Assembly: GCA_016187335.1 (NCBI GenBank)
Contig: JACPJW010000001.1
Location: 288,001-352,000, forward strand
DNA from: Candidatus Aenigmatarchaeota archaeon
Lineage (GTDB): Archaea; Aenigmatarchaeota; Aenigmatarchaeia; GW2011-AR5
Direction of reading: 5' to 3'
DNA length: 64,000 nt
Positions 36,873-46,174 of the stretch are shown here, piece after piece (the first letter of the stretch is position 1; each line of letters starts with the position of its first letter). The translations under genes and the position numbers were made by a program. The notes beneath the pieces are model-generated. The model did no database searches. It was given only the letters and a program-made list of their open reading frames with translations, and had not been told where the DNA came from.

Positions 36873-37907
36873 CTAAAAGTAAAAGCTGACCTTGGAAAAT
36901 TCAAAGCGTTTGAAGTGCATGTCTTCTATTACCTGCTTCGCCTCGCTCAGGTGAAAGCCGTGTGTTATTACGGGCAGCGGGTTTATTTTCTTTTCTTTTA
37001 TGGCGTTGAGCGATTCGTCCCATTCGTTTGCAGACGTGAGCGAATTCCACGAACCTGTTATTGATATTTCCCTTCTCAGGATGCGGGAAAAGGCGCTCTG
37101 GTCGAGGATGAAATTTTTCATTGGGTTGCCTAAAAATACCACCTTGCCTCCTTTTGCCGCCGACAGGACGCTTTGCGTCTGCAGCTCGTCAGAGCCCGAG
37201 CACTCGAAAACCGTGTCCGCTCCCGAGCCGTCGGTGGCTTCGTTTATGGCCGTGGACGCCTCCGCATCTCTTGTATCGACCAGATGGTCCAGGCCTAATG
37301 TTTTTGCTATCTTGAATCTGTGGTCATTTCTGTCGACGCATATGATTTTTTTTGCGCCCAATGTCCTTGCCCATTGGGCAGTCATGATGCCTATCGGCCC
37401 GAGCCCCATTACGGCAACCGTCTCGCTGTTGCCCGTTATTCTGTGGGCATGCAGTGTTACTGCTGCAGGCTCCGTCATTACCGCTTCCTCAAAGGAGACT
37501 CCGCGCGGGATTTTCACGGCGTTTTCCGCGGGGCATTTTACAAACTCGGCGTATCCGCCGTCGCTTCTGGACCCTAAATAATCATACTTGTCGCACAGGT
37601 TATACTTGCCTTTAATGCATTGATGGCATTTCTTGCACGGTATTATGGGGTAAACCGCGACCCTGTCGTCTATTTCAACGTTTTGCACGTTCATGCCTTT
37701 TTCAGCCACGGCGCCGCAAAATTCGTGGCCGGGTATTACAGGATAGAAGTAGAAGCCCGTCCTCATCGACCTCACGACATCTGTGCTGCATATCCCTGAT
37801 CTTTTTGTCTGTACAATTATTTCGTTGTCCCCGCATTCCGGTATTGGCACTTTCTTGTAGTTCCAGTTCCCCAGTCCTTCCAGAACGGCGGCGTACATCG
37901 TTTCCAT
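36873..37907 (-). CDS. Zn-dependent alditol(-phosphate) dehydrogenase (galactitol-1-P 5-dehydrogenase-like)
   Basis: GICSTD, GHEF, CKKCHQC..GKYNLC, GLGPIG, GSWNS. Confidence 0.88.
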   Translation of the reverse strand: METMYAAVLEGLGNWNYKKVPIPECGDNEIIVQTKRSGICSTDVVRSMRTGFYFYPVIPGHEFCGAVAEKGMNVQNVEIDDRVAVYPIIPCKKCHQCIKGKYNLCDKYDYLGSRSDGGYAEFVKCPAENAVKIPRGVSFEEAVMTEPAAVTLHAHRITGNSETVAVMGLGPIGIMTAQWARTLGAKKIICVDRNDHRFKIAKTLGLDHLVDTRDAEASTAINEATDGSGADTVFECSGSDELQTQSVLSAAKGGKVVFLGNPMKNFILDQSAFSRILRREISITGSWNSLTSANEWDESLNAIKEKKINPLPVITHGFHLSEAKQVIEDMHFKRFEFSKVSFYF

Positions 37908-38001
37908 GAAGGATAGTAACTGCAGAAATGTTTTAAACGTTAAAAAGCTGTCACTGTTTTTAGATTTTAGTTATTTAAGTATTTCTTGTTTAGATGCTTT
38001 C

Positions 38002-39033
38002 ATGAAAGCTGCTCTCCTTGAAGGACCGAAAAATATACGCGTTGCCGACATTCCTAAGCCTGCTGCGGGGAAAGGAGTCCTCCTCCGCGTCCGTGCGTGC
38101 GGTATATGCGGCTCCGACATGAAGTTCTACAATTATGGCGACCGTGTCAAAAAATTCCCGCAGATACTCGGGCACGAGGTGGCTGGTGAGGTTGTTGAAG
38201 TAGGCAGCGGCGTTGATTCTCTTGCTGTCGGCGACAGAATTGCATTGAGAAACGAAGTGCAGTGCGGCCGCTGTCCTGCCTGCCTGAAGGGGCTTGAGAA
38301 CGTCTGCGAGAACATAGAAGATGTAATAGGCGTTACGATACCGGGCGGGCTGGCAGAATACATGCTGCTCACCGAAGAAATTATAGAAAAGGGTCTTGCA
38401 AACAAGATGCCTGAAAAAATGGCTTACGAGGAAGGCGCGCTTGCAGAGCCGCTTGGCTGCGTTGTCAACGGCCTGGAGTTCGCAAGGATGGAGGAAGGCA
38501 AAAGCGTTCTTGTCATTGGAGCCGGCCCTATAGGCTGCATGATAATAAATCTTGCAAGAATTATGGGGGCTTCAGAGATTGTTGTTGTTGACAAAAACCA
38601 GAAAAGGCTTGACATGGCACGCCCGTTCGGGGCGGACCATTATGTGTATGGCGAAAACTTTCTTGATGATGTTCTCGGCCTGAGTAAGGGTGGATACGAC
38701 GTCGTGATGTCTGCATGCAGCGACAGCAAGGCCCATGAAAAAGCGATACTTGCCGCTGGGCGGGGCGGCTTCGTGAATCTTTTCGGCGGCATCGCAAAAG
38801 GCCTGGACGACGCTGTCTCGTTCCCGAACAATTTTATCCATTACAGGCAGTGCTCTGTCGGCGGGACATTTTCCCAGACGCGCCATCATCATAAGAGGGC
38901 TCTGCAGTACCTTGCAGCAGGAAAAATAAAGGCCGGTGAAATAATTACCCATAAGTTCGGGCTTGATGAAGCTGAAAAGGCGATAAAAACCGTCCAGAAC
39001 CAGGAATGCCTCAAGGTAATGGTGTTGCCGTAA
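38002..39033 (+). CDS. Zn-dependent alditol dehydrogenase (sorbitol/L-iditol DH-like)
   Basis: GICGSD, GHEV, CGRCPACLKG.ENVC, GAGPIG; start moved to ATG 38002. Confidence 0.88.
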   Translation: MKAALLEGPKNIRVADIPKPAAGKGVLLRVRACGICGSDMKFYNYGDRVKKFPQILGHEVAGEVVEVGSGVDSLAVGDRIALRNEVQCGRCPACLKGLENVCENIEDVIGVTIPGGLAEYMLLTEEIIEKGLANKMPEKMAYEEGALAEPLGCVVNGLEFARMEEGKSVLVIGAGPIGCMIINLARIMGASEIVVVDKNQKRLDMARPFGADHYVYGENFLDDVLGLSKGGYDVVMSACSDSKAHEKAILAAGRGGFVNLFGGIAKGLDDAVSFPNNFIHYRQCSVGGTFSQTRHHHKRALQYLAAGKIKAGEIITHKFGLDEAEKAIKTVQNQECLKVMVLP

Positions 39034-39605
39034 TGATAATTGCAATGCACCGTGTCAATACAATAGAAGACTTGAAAAAAACACCCGTAGGCTTGGGTGT
39101 TGAAACCGACCTGAGGTCGGACGGCAAGGACATAATACTTCATCACGAGCCTTTCTTTGGCAACGGCGAGAAACTTGAGGACTTCATTTCCCGTTACAGC
39201 CATGAATTCATAATCCTTGATATAAAATCCGAAGGAATTGAAAGGCGTGCCATAGATATAGTTGAAAACGCCGGCATAAAGGATTACTACCTGCTTAACG
39301 TTAACTTTCCGTTTATAATGAAGCTGGCCAAAACCGGGTTCAGGAAAATGTCCGTGCGTTTTTCTGATTTTGAATCCGCTGATGCGTGTCTGGCAATGAA
39401 AAACAAAGCAGATTTCGTCTGGGTCGAGTCCTTCAGCAAACTTGCGCTGACAAAGGAAGTGTGCAAAAAACTGTCCAGGCATTTCAGGCTGTCTCTGGTA
39501 TCCCCCGAGCTTTACGGAAGGAACGAAATAGAAATATACAAGAAAAAACTGAAAGGCATGGATATACACAGCGTCTGCACGGACTATCCGGACAAGTGGA
39601 GATAG
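39033..39605 (+). CDS. Minimal glycerophosphodiester phosphodiesterase-like TIM-barrel protein
   Basis: HRVNT, GVETDLR, HHEPF, DIKSEG, VCTDYP; TAATG overlap with the upstream stop. Confidence 0.7.
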   Translation: MIIAMHRVNTIEDLKKTPVGLGVETDLRSDGKDIILHHEPFFGNGEKLEDFISRYSHEFIILDIKSEGIERRAIDIVENAGIKDYYLLNVNFPFIMKLAKTGFRKMSVRFSDFESADACLAMKNKADFVWVESFSKLALTKEVCKKLSRHFRLSLVSPELYGRNEIEIYKKKLKGMDIHSVCTDYPDKWR

Positions 39606-39607
39606 CC

Positions 39608-41152
39608 ATGAAAATCGTAATCCCCATGGCGGGCTTCGGCGAAAGGTTCCATAAAGCTGGTTACAGGGAAATAAAGCCGCTGATAAAAATAGGCGGCAAG
39701 CCCATGATACAGCATGTCGTTGAAGCCTTTCCTGGCGAGGAAGAATTTATTTTCATCTGCAACAATGGGCATTTGAAGAGCACAAACCTTGAATCTGTCT
39801 TGAAAGGTCTTAAGCCGCGCTCTGTTATTGTCGGAATAGATCCGCACCGCGGCGGCGCCGTGGACACGTTTCTTGCTGCGCAGCAGTTCATCCCGGACGA
39901 CGAGGAAATAATCTTCAATTACTGCGATTTTACAATGGACTGGGACTACAACGGCTTTCTTAGTTCAGCAAGATCTGCGGATGCATCGCTGCCGTGCTTC
40001 ACAGGATTTCACCCGGCGTCCTTGGGCAATGTCTATTATTGCTATGTAAGAGTGGATGACAAAAAAAATGCCCTTGAGTTAAGGGAAAAAATGTCTTTTA
40101 CGGGGAGCAAGATGAAGGAATTTGCTTCCACCGGGACGTTCTATTTCAGGAAAGGCTCTTTGGCAAAGAAATATGCAAAAAGGCTTGTTGATTCCGGCAT
40201 AGTTGCGGAAAACGGGGAGCGCTATTTCTCGCTCATGTTCAATATAATGATTGGCGACGGCCTTGGTGTCAATGTATACGAGGTGAAGAAATTCGTATGC
40301 TTCGGCACGCCGCGCGATGTGCAGCAGTACGAATTCTGGCGCGGCGTCTTTAGGGACCATGGACAATTACACAAGAAAGTTCATGACTGGACTACCCTTA
40401 TACCCGCCGCAGGACGGGGAAAGAGGTTTTCCGACGCCGGTTACGAATTGCCGAAGCCCATAATTCCTGTTGACGGCCAGCCGATGATTGCCAAAGCCGT
40501 GAAAGACCTGCCTCAGAGCGAAAAAACAATTTTCGTGTGCCTTGAAGACCAGCTGAAAAACGGACTGGAATCTGTTTTGAAAAAAGAATTCCCGGGATGC
40601 GACATCGTTTCATTAAAGGAAACGACTCCCGGCATGGTGAACACGTGCCTGCTTGCGAAGGATTTATGGAATCCAGGAAAGCCGCTGCTTATATCCGCGT
40701 GCGACTACGGCCTTCATTATGACATAGACAAGTTCGAGTCTCTGGCGAACGACCCTTCCATAGACGCGATCATATGGACATTCAAAAATCATGAGTGCGT
40801 TCTCCGCAACCCGAAAGCATACGCATACGTTGCCGTTGACGGAAATGGCAACGCCGCAGGAATATCCGAGAAGGCAGCGATAAGCGATAATCCCGGCAGC
40901 GACCATGCTGTCGTGAGCGTTTTCTGGTACAGGACCGCCGGACTGTTTGAAAAGGGCGCAAGAAGTCTTTTGGAAAAGGGAAAGACGGTTGGCGGCGAGT
41001 ATTACGTTGCCACCAGCATCAATGGGCTGATAGAAGAAGGTCACAGGGTCGTGCCTTTTGAAGTGGAGAAATTTGTATGCTGGGGGACGCCTGACGACCT
41101 GAAAGAATACGAGTACTGGAAGGGATATTTCTCGAAGCTTAGTCCTGCCTGA
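39608..41152 (+). CDS. Tandem two-domain sugar nucleotidyltransferase (GT-A fold)
   Basis: Two homologous halves: IPMAGFGERF..AGY..IKPLI...FGTPRD and IPAAGRGKRF..AGY..PKPII...WGTPDD. Confidence 0.82.
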   Translation: MKIVIPMAGFGERFHKAGYREIKPLIKIGGKPMIQHVVEAFPGEEEFIFICNNGHLKSTNLESVLKGLKPRSVIVGIDPHRGGAVDTFLAAQQFIPDDEEIIFNYCDFTMDWDYNGFLSSARSADASLPCFTGFHPASLGNVYYCYVRVDDKKNALELREKMSFTGSKMKEFASTGTFYFRKGSLAKKYAKRLVDSGIVAENGERYFSLMFNIMIGDGLGVNVYEVKKFVCFGTPRDVQQYEFWRGVFRDHGQLHKKVHDWTTLIPAAGRGKRFSDAGYELPKPIIPVDGQPMIAKAVKDLPQSEKTIFVCLEDQLKNGLESVLKKEFPGCDIVSLKETTPGMVNTCLLAKDLWNPGKPLLISACDYGLHYDIDKFESLANDPSIDAIIWTFKNHECVLRNPKAYAYVAVDGNGNAAGISEKAAISDNPGSDHAVVSVFWYRTAGLFEKGARSLLEKGKTVGGEYYVATSINGLIEEGHRVVPFEVEKFVCWGTPDDLKEYEYWKGYFSKLSPA

Positions 41153-41861
41153 TTCCGCTGAACGCGAGATCTTTCATCTGGCTTATGGATTTCTCAAAAG
41201 GTATGTCTTTCCTGAAAAGCCCGGTAGTTCCCAGGACAAAAACATCCGCTCCTGAACTGGAAATCTTCTCGATGTTGTGCCTGCCTATGTTTCCGTCTAC
41301 TCCTATTCTTATCGGCCTGCCGCCTGTCATGTCCCTGGCTTCTTTGATTTTAGGATAGACGTGCTCGACGAACTTGTTGCCAGCGAATCCAGGCTTAACG
41401 CACATTATTGTTATCATGTCAATATCGTCGAGGGAATTTTTAAGGGCAGCTACAGGCGTTTCCGGATTTATTGCAACCCCGGTGTGCCTGCCCAGGGATT
41501 TTATTTTTTTCAGGGCTGCCGCGAGGTCTTTGCACGCCTCGTAATGTATCGTGATTATGTCGGCGCCGCTTTCCGCAGCCTTTTCGATTATCCATTCCGG
41601 GTTTTCCACCATGAGGTGCGCTTCAAAGGGCTTTTCCGTAAGGTTCCTGAGGTCTTTAACGTGCTGGTGGCTCATGACAATGTTGGGGACGAAGCGGCCG
41701 TCCATTATGTCGAAATGAAACCAGTCTATGCCTGCCTGCTCGAGTTCTTTGACTGTTTCTGCGAGCTTTCCCGAGTCTGCGCACATCATGGATGCGGACA
41801 TTACGAGGAAATTTTCCCTTGTCCTGTGGATTTTGTTTGCATTTACGAATGTATATTCCAT
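41139..41861 (-). CDS. Second Rpe-family epimerase, allulose-6-phosphate 3-epimerase (AlsE)-like
   Basis: ASMMCAD, HFDIMDGRFVPN, EAHLMV, PGFAG, VDGNI; GAGGT RBS. Confidence 0.8.
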   Translation of the reverse strand: MEYTFVNANKIHRTRENFLVMSASMMCADSGKLAETVKELEQAGIDWFHFDIMDGRFVPNIVMSHQHVKDLRNLTEKPFEAHLMVENPEWIIEKAAESGADIITIHYEACKDLAAALKKIKSLGRHTGVAINPETPVAALKNSLDDIDMITIMCVKPGFAGNKFVEHVYPKIKEARDMTGGRPIRIGVDGNIGRHNIEKISSSGADVFVLGTTGLFRKDIPFEKSISQMKDLAFSGIRQD

Positions 41862-41885
41862 GAATGAACCTCTTTTCCCAGCTTT

Positions 41886-42794
41886 TTAATCTTTAACGTA
41901 TGTTCTCCAGTAATCTACTGAAGCTTTTATGCTGTCAAGGAATGTGCTTTCCCACGGCTCCCTTCCGGGGGCGTTTATTTCCAGCGCAAGCATGACATCG
42001 GCTGCCGCGGCTTCTTTCAATGCAGCAAGGATTTTTTCCGGCCTCACGATGCCGTCTTTGTTGTAATCCGCGGTGAAAGGAAAAGGCCCTCCTTTTGCCC
42101 CGTACGTCTGTTTTATGTGCATGACAGGGGTTTCTTTTCCGAATGCCCTTATCCATGCATAAGGGTTTATGTCATCAGCATTCCCGGAAGTTTTCAGCCC
42201 GTGGTCAACGTCCAGGCACATTTTCATCGGGATTGACGTAACCTTGTTCAATGCCTTGTGTATTCTTTCCGCCTCTTTTATTGTTTCTCCCTGCTCCCTC
42301 GGGATGCTCATTGGTTCCCATGTCAGGTACTTAAGGCCAGCGGCTTTTGCATGGTCGGAGATTTCAGCCCATCCGCGCAGGGTTTCCTTAAAAACAAATT
42401 CTCTTCTTTTCGGGTCCTTTATATCCCTGACTGAAAAAATTCCCAGATGGCTTCCCGTGCTTTCGGCGCCCAACTCGGCCGATATCTCCGCGAACTTCTT
42501 GAACCATCCGACCCAGTATTTCCTCGTATCTTCGTCTGGGTGGGCAAGGTGGTTCAGCTGCGTATACGCGTCGGTGAATGTGTGCTGTATCCTGATCCCG
42601 TGTTCTTCTGATGCATTCCTTATTTTTTTTGTCTGGCTCAAAATTATTTTTTCCGGCAAGGAGGGGTTGAGCAGCGTTGCCGTCAGCTGGACATACCTAA
42701 GCCCTAAAAATTCCCCGGCTATCCTTGTCCATTCCTCGGGTTCAGGGTACCGGTTGGCAGCAAAGCCGGTGTTTATTCCCAGGCGCGCTTTCAT
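41886..42794 (-). CDS. Sugar-phosphate epimerase, EryC (erythrulose-1-phosphate 3-epimerase)-like TIM barrel
   Basis: NRYPEP, LNHLAHPD, WEPMSIPREQGET, DVDHG, PYAW, HIKQ and PFTA match the EryC motif order as I recall it. Confidence 0.75.
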   Translation of the reverse strand: MKARLGINTGFAANRYPEPEEWTRIAGEFLGLRYVQLTATLLNPSLPEKIILSQTKKIRNASEEHGIRIQHTFTDAYTQLNHLAHPDEDTRKYWVGWFKKFAEISAELGAESTGSHLGIFSVRDIKDPKRREFVFKETLRGWAEISDHAKAAGLKYLTWEPMSIPREQGETIKEAERIHKALNKVTSIPMKMCLDVDHGLKTSGNADDINPYAWIRAFGKETPVMHIKQTYGAKGGPFPFTADYNKDGIVRPEKILAALKEAAAADVMLALEINAPGREPWESTFLDSIKASVDYWRTYVKD

Positions 42795-42914
42795 AAAGAG
42801 CTATCTGAACGCAATCGTTAAAAGTGTTTAGAAAGCATCCCTAAAACTTCGTATGGATTCATTTTTCTAAAGAATATTGTGACTGATTTAAAGTTTGTTT
42901 CTTGTAATTTTTGT

Positions 42915-43601
42915 ATGCTCTCCGTAATCGTGCCGTGCTACAATGAGGAGCGGAATCTGCCGCTTCTTGCGGAGCGGTTCAGCAAGGCGCTGAAGGGCAT
43001 CAGTGCAGAGCTTGTCCTTGTCAACAACGGATCCACGGACGATTCGCAGCTGGTTATTGGCAGGCTGATGAAAAAATACAGCTTCGTGAAATGCGTAAGA
43101 ATAAAGAAAAATATAGGATACGGCCACGGCATCATAATGGGCCTTAAGCATGCCAGAGGCAGAGTTCTGGCCTACACGCATGCGGACATGCAGTGCGACC
43201 CGTTTGACGTAAGGAAGGCTTATCAGATATTTCAGCAAAGCAAAAGCAGCAAGGTGCTTGTCAAGGGCAACAGGAAAGGCAGGTTTTCTATCCTCACTGC
43301 AGGCTTCCACACGCTTGCTGCGCTGCTTTTCTTGAAGAAATACGATGATGTCAACGGCCAGCCAAAACTGTTTCACAGGGACCTGATGAAAACATTCAGG
43401 CAGCCGCCTCTGGGCTTTCAGCTTGATTTCTATGTCCAGCACAAGGCGCTTGACAGCGGCTGCGCCATAGTAAGCTTTCCCGTGAAATTCGGCGTCAGGA
43501 AATACGGCTATTCTAAATGGGCGGCGACGCTGCCGTCAAAAGCAAGGAACATCTCAAGATTTCTTGGTTACATGATAAAAATCAGGATATTTGGGAAATA
43601 A
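42915..43601 (+). CDS. GT2 glycosyltransferase, polyprenol-phosphate glycosyltransferase-like
   Basis: VIVPCYNEE, NNGSTD, GYGHGI, THADMQ. Confidence 0.85.
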   Translation: MLSVIVPCYNEERNLPLLAERFSKALKGISAELVLVNNGSTDDSQLVIGRLMKKYSFVKCVRIKKNIGYGHGIIMGLKHARGRVLAYTHADMQCDPFDVRKAYQIFQQSKSSKVLVKGNRKGRFSILTAGFHTLAALLFLKKYDDVNGQPKLFHRDLMKTFRQPPLGFQLDFYVQHKALDSGCAIVSFPVKFGVRKYGYSKWAATLPSKARNISRFLGYMIKIRIFGK

Positions 43602-43604
43602 AAT

Positions 43605-44126
43605 TCACGGGCTTTTTAATGAAAATTTTTTTATTACCGTCCATTTCTTTTCCTTTTCGTTGTTGAAAACAAAAAATATCCGCCTGGCTTCGAATGATTC
43701 ATGAAAGTTTCTTCCTGTTTTCTTTATTATTTCTTCTTTTGTTGCCCTGCTGAAATCGCCGTAAATAAGGCTCATGTGCGGAAGATAACCGTGATTTTCG
43801 GGCAAATCAAAAACCTCTCTGGATTTTTCATAGGCATCCATGTATTCGGGCGTTTTTTTGACGGCGATAAACAGTGACCTGAAAAATTCGTCAAGGTAGC
43901 GTACACGGCCCAAATGGACTGTAAAAGGCTTCAGCGTTTTCGAGAGTTTTTCCGCCTTTCTGGTTAATTCTTTCTCGCTGCCGGCAATTCCTCCTGCTAA
44001 AGTGACATGCGGCCTGAACGTCGGTGAGCTGTATTTTTTGCTTAGGCTGGAAATTATTTTGGAAAGTTTCTCCTTTGTCCTTCCTGCAGGCATTAACCAG
44101 ACAGAATAAGAGAGTTCTTTTCTCAT
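43605..44126 (-). CDS. 2H phosphoesterase (cyclic phosphodiesterase-like)
   Basis: Two HxT/S motifs: PHVTL and PHMSL. Confidence 0.85.
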   Translation of the reverse strand: MRKELSYSVWLMPAGRTKEKLSKIISSLSKKYSSPTFRPHVTLAGGIAGSEKELTRKAEKLSKTLKPFTVHLGRVRYLDEFFRSLFIAVKKTPEYMDAYEKSREVFDLPENHGYLPHMSLIYGDFSRATKEEIIKKTGRNFHESFEARRIFFVFNNEKEKKWTVIKKFSLKSP

Positions 44127-44130
44127 ATAA

Positions 44131-44454
44131 TCACTGCACGGCAAAGGTTATTCCGAGAATTATGAAAACCACTGAAGCTACTTTCCACCTGTTAATTTTT
44201 TCGCCCAGAAATTTCCATGACAGCAGCATGACCCATATGTATGTAAGCGATGTTATAGGAAACAGCAGAGACAGTTCTTCTTTCTGCAGTGCCAGTATCA
44301 TGAGCACGGTCCCAAGAACAAACAGTATGCCGCCTGCGATGAACTGCGGGCTAAGCAGTTTTTGCTGCTTTGCCGCGAGCTTGAAAAATAGCATGCCGAC
44401 AGCGGCGGCTATAGTGGAGGAAGCAGCAAGCAGGACAGCGGCAGGATCAGCCAT
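44131..44454 (-). CDS. Small multidrug/EamA-family membrane protein, ArnE/ArnF-like
   Basis: About 107 aa, 4 TM, LSLLFPITSLTY, GEKI. Confidence 0.8.
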   Translation of the reverse strand: MADPAAVLLAASSTIAAAVGMLFFKLAAKQQKLLSPQFIAGGILFVLGTVLMILALQKEELSLLFPITSLTYIWVMLLSWKFLGEKINRWKVASVVFIILGITFAVQ

Positions 44455-44794
44455 TCTTGGCACCTCTTCCGGCCAGTGATACGCCGGCCATTATCAGAAT
44501 GATGCCGAACCAGTTAAGCAGCGTTACCGTTTCTTTCAGCAGCATCGATGAAGCCAGAAACACCCATACAAAGCTCAGTGACCATATGGGGTAGAGCACT
44601 GAAAGCTGGCCGTCCCGCAGGGCGTGAAGAAAAAGAAGCGCTGCGATGCCGTAAGCGAGAAATCCTGCTATGACGATAACGTTGACGGGAAAAGGCCCTA
44701 TGTAAAAGCCCTGCGCATTCGCGCCGAGCTTGAACGATAATTGTGCCACAGCTGTGAAAAGTGTTGCAGTCACGACTAAGGCTTCATTTTTCAT
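44447..44794 (-). CDS. Small multidrug/EamA-family membrane protein, ArnE/ArnF-like
   Basis: AQLSFKLG, LSVLYPIWSLSF; paired with the adjacent paralog. Confidence 0.8.
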   Translation of the reverse strand: MKNEALVVTATLFTAVAQLSFKLGANAQGFYIGPFPVNVIVIAGFLAYGIAALLFLHALRDGQLSVLYPIWSLSFVWVFLASSMLLKETVTLLNWFGIILIMAGVSLAGRGAKNG

Positions 44795-45726
44795 TGCCAA
44801 AACCACGTGTTATTTGCATACCATTCGATTGTCTTTTTCAAGCCCTGCTCAAAGCTGTGCTTTGGCTTCCACCCCAGTTTCTTTATTTTTGCTATATCCA
44901 AAGCGTACCTGAAATCATGGCCCGGCCTGTCCGGAACAAAATGTATAAGTGTCTCAGGCTTTTGCAGTATTCTTAGTATTGTCTTCACGACATCCGTGTT
45001 TTTTTTCTCGTTTCCGCCGCCTATGTTGTAAACTTCCCCTGATTTTCCATTTTGGATGACTTTGAGAATTGCTGAGCAGTTGTCTTCTACAAACAGCCAG
45101 TCCCTTATGTTCGTGCCCTTTCCATAAACAGGCAGCGGCCTGTTTTTCATCGCGTTCGTGATCATCTTGGGTATCAGCTTTTCAGGATTCTGGTAAGGCC
45201 CGTAATTATTGGAGCTTCTTGTAACAACTGCGTCAATGCCGTAAGTATTTGCATAAGAAAGTGCCAGATGCTCGGCAGCCGCCTTCGTTGCAGAGTAAGG
45301 GTTTCCGGGGCTGAGAGGATCCGATTCTTTGAAGAATCCTGAATCGGAAGAGCCGTAAACCTCGTCCGTGGATATGTGGATAAATTTTTCCGTGTTGTTT
45401 TTTCTTGCAGCTTCCAGGAGCATGTATGTCCCGAAAACGTTTGTTCGTATGAACGGCTCCGGGTCTTCGATTGACCTGTCTACGTGCGTTTCTGCCGCGA
45501 AATTTACGACTATATCGCATCCTTTCATGGATTTTTCGGCGTCGCTCCTGTTTGCTATGTCGCCTTTCGTGAAATTTATTTTGTTTTTGACGCCCTCAAG
45601 GCTCTTCATGTTTCCGGCGTACGTAAGCTTGTCAAGAACAGCCACGTCGTGGCCTTCGCTGACAAGGAAATGGACGAAATTGCACCCTATGAAGCCGGCT
45701 CCTCCGGTAACGAGCACACTAGACAT
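44791..45726 (-). CDS. rmlB: dTDP-glucose 4,6-dehydratase
   Basis: FAAETHVDRSI, ISTDEVYG, YSATK, SNNYGPYQNPEKLIP, DRPGHDFRY. Confidence 0.93.
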   Translation of the reverse strand: MSSVLVTGGAGFIGCNFVHFLVSEGHDVAVLDKLTYAGNMKSLEGVKNKINFTKGDIANRSDAEKSMKGCDIVVNFAAETHVDRSIEDPEPFIRTNVFGTYMLLEAARKNNTEKFIHISTDEVYGSSDSGFFKESDPLSPGNPYSATKAAAEHLALSYANTYGIDAVVTRSSNNYGPYQNPEKLIPKMITNAMKNRPLPVYGKGTNIRDWLFVEDNCSAILKVIQNGKSGEVYNIGGGNEKKNTDVVKTILRILQKPETLIHFVPDRPGHDFRYALDIAKIKKLGWKPKHSFEQGLKKTIEWYANNTWFWQ

Positions 45727-46174
45727 AGTTTGAAACACCATACCCTATGATAATCCCGATGGCGGCGCCAGCAATTACATCGGCATAATAATGCCTTTTC
45801 AGGTAAATTCGTGAATAAGCGACTGCCAGTGACAAAATAGCCAGTATAACTGAAGTTGCGATGTTATTGAAAACAGGTATCAGCACGGAAGATATAAAAA
45901 ATATCCTCATCGTATGCACGCTTGGAAATGACGAAGCCTCTATTTTTTCTATTATGTTTTTATGTCTCATTTTTTCAGGTCTGTTCTTGAAAAGGACAAT
46001 TTTTATCGGCACAGAAATGAAATACATTATTATCTGTCCGGCAGCAAGCTTGTAGGCAAGTGGGTTCTGATTGAATGCGACAAGAACGGCTATAAGCACC
46101 GCAAGATGATAGACCGTGCCGAAGGCAGTGATGTCCTGCATGAATGAATTCAGGTAAAATTTTTTCAGGTTCAT
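45719..46174 (-). CDS. PAP2-family membrane phosphatase
   Basis: K...NRP, SFPSVH, SRIYLKRHY..DV. Confidence 0.87.
   Translation of the reverse strand: MNLKKFYLNSFMQDITAFGTVYHLAVLIAVLVAFNQNPLAYKLAAGQIIMYFISVPIKIVLFKNRPEKMRHKNIIEKIEASSFPSVHTMRIFFISSVLIPVFNNIATSVILAILSLAVAYSRIYLKRHYYADVIAGAAIGIIIGYGVSNYV

Noticed and set aside
39386-39607. 74-aa N-terminal extension of the tandem nucleotidyltransferase
   Set aside because: It overlaps the GDPD-like gene; the domain starts at ATG 39608 (MKIVIPMAG).
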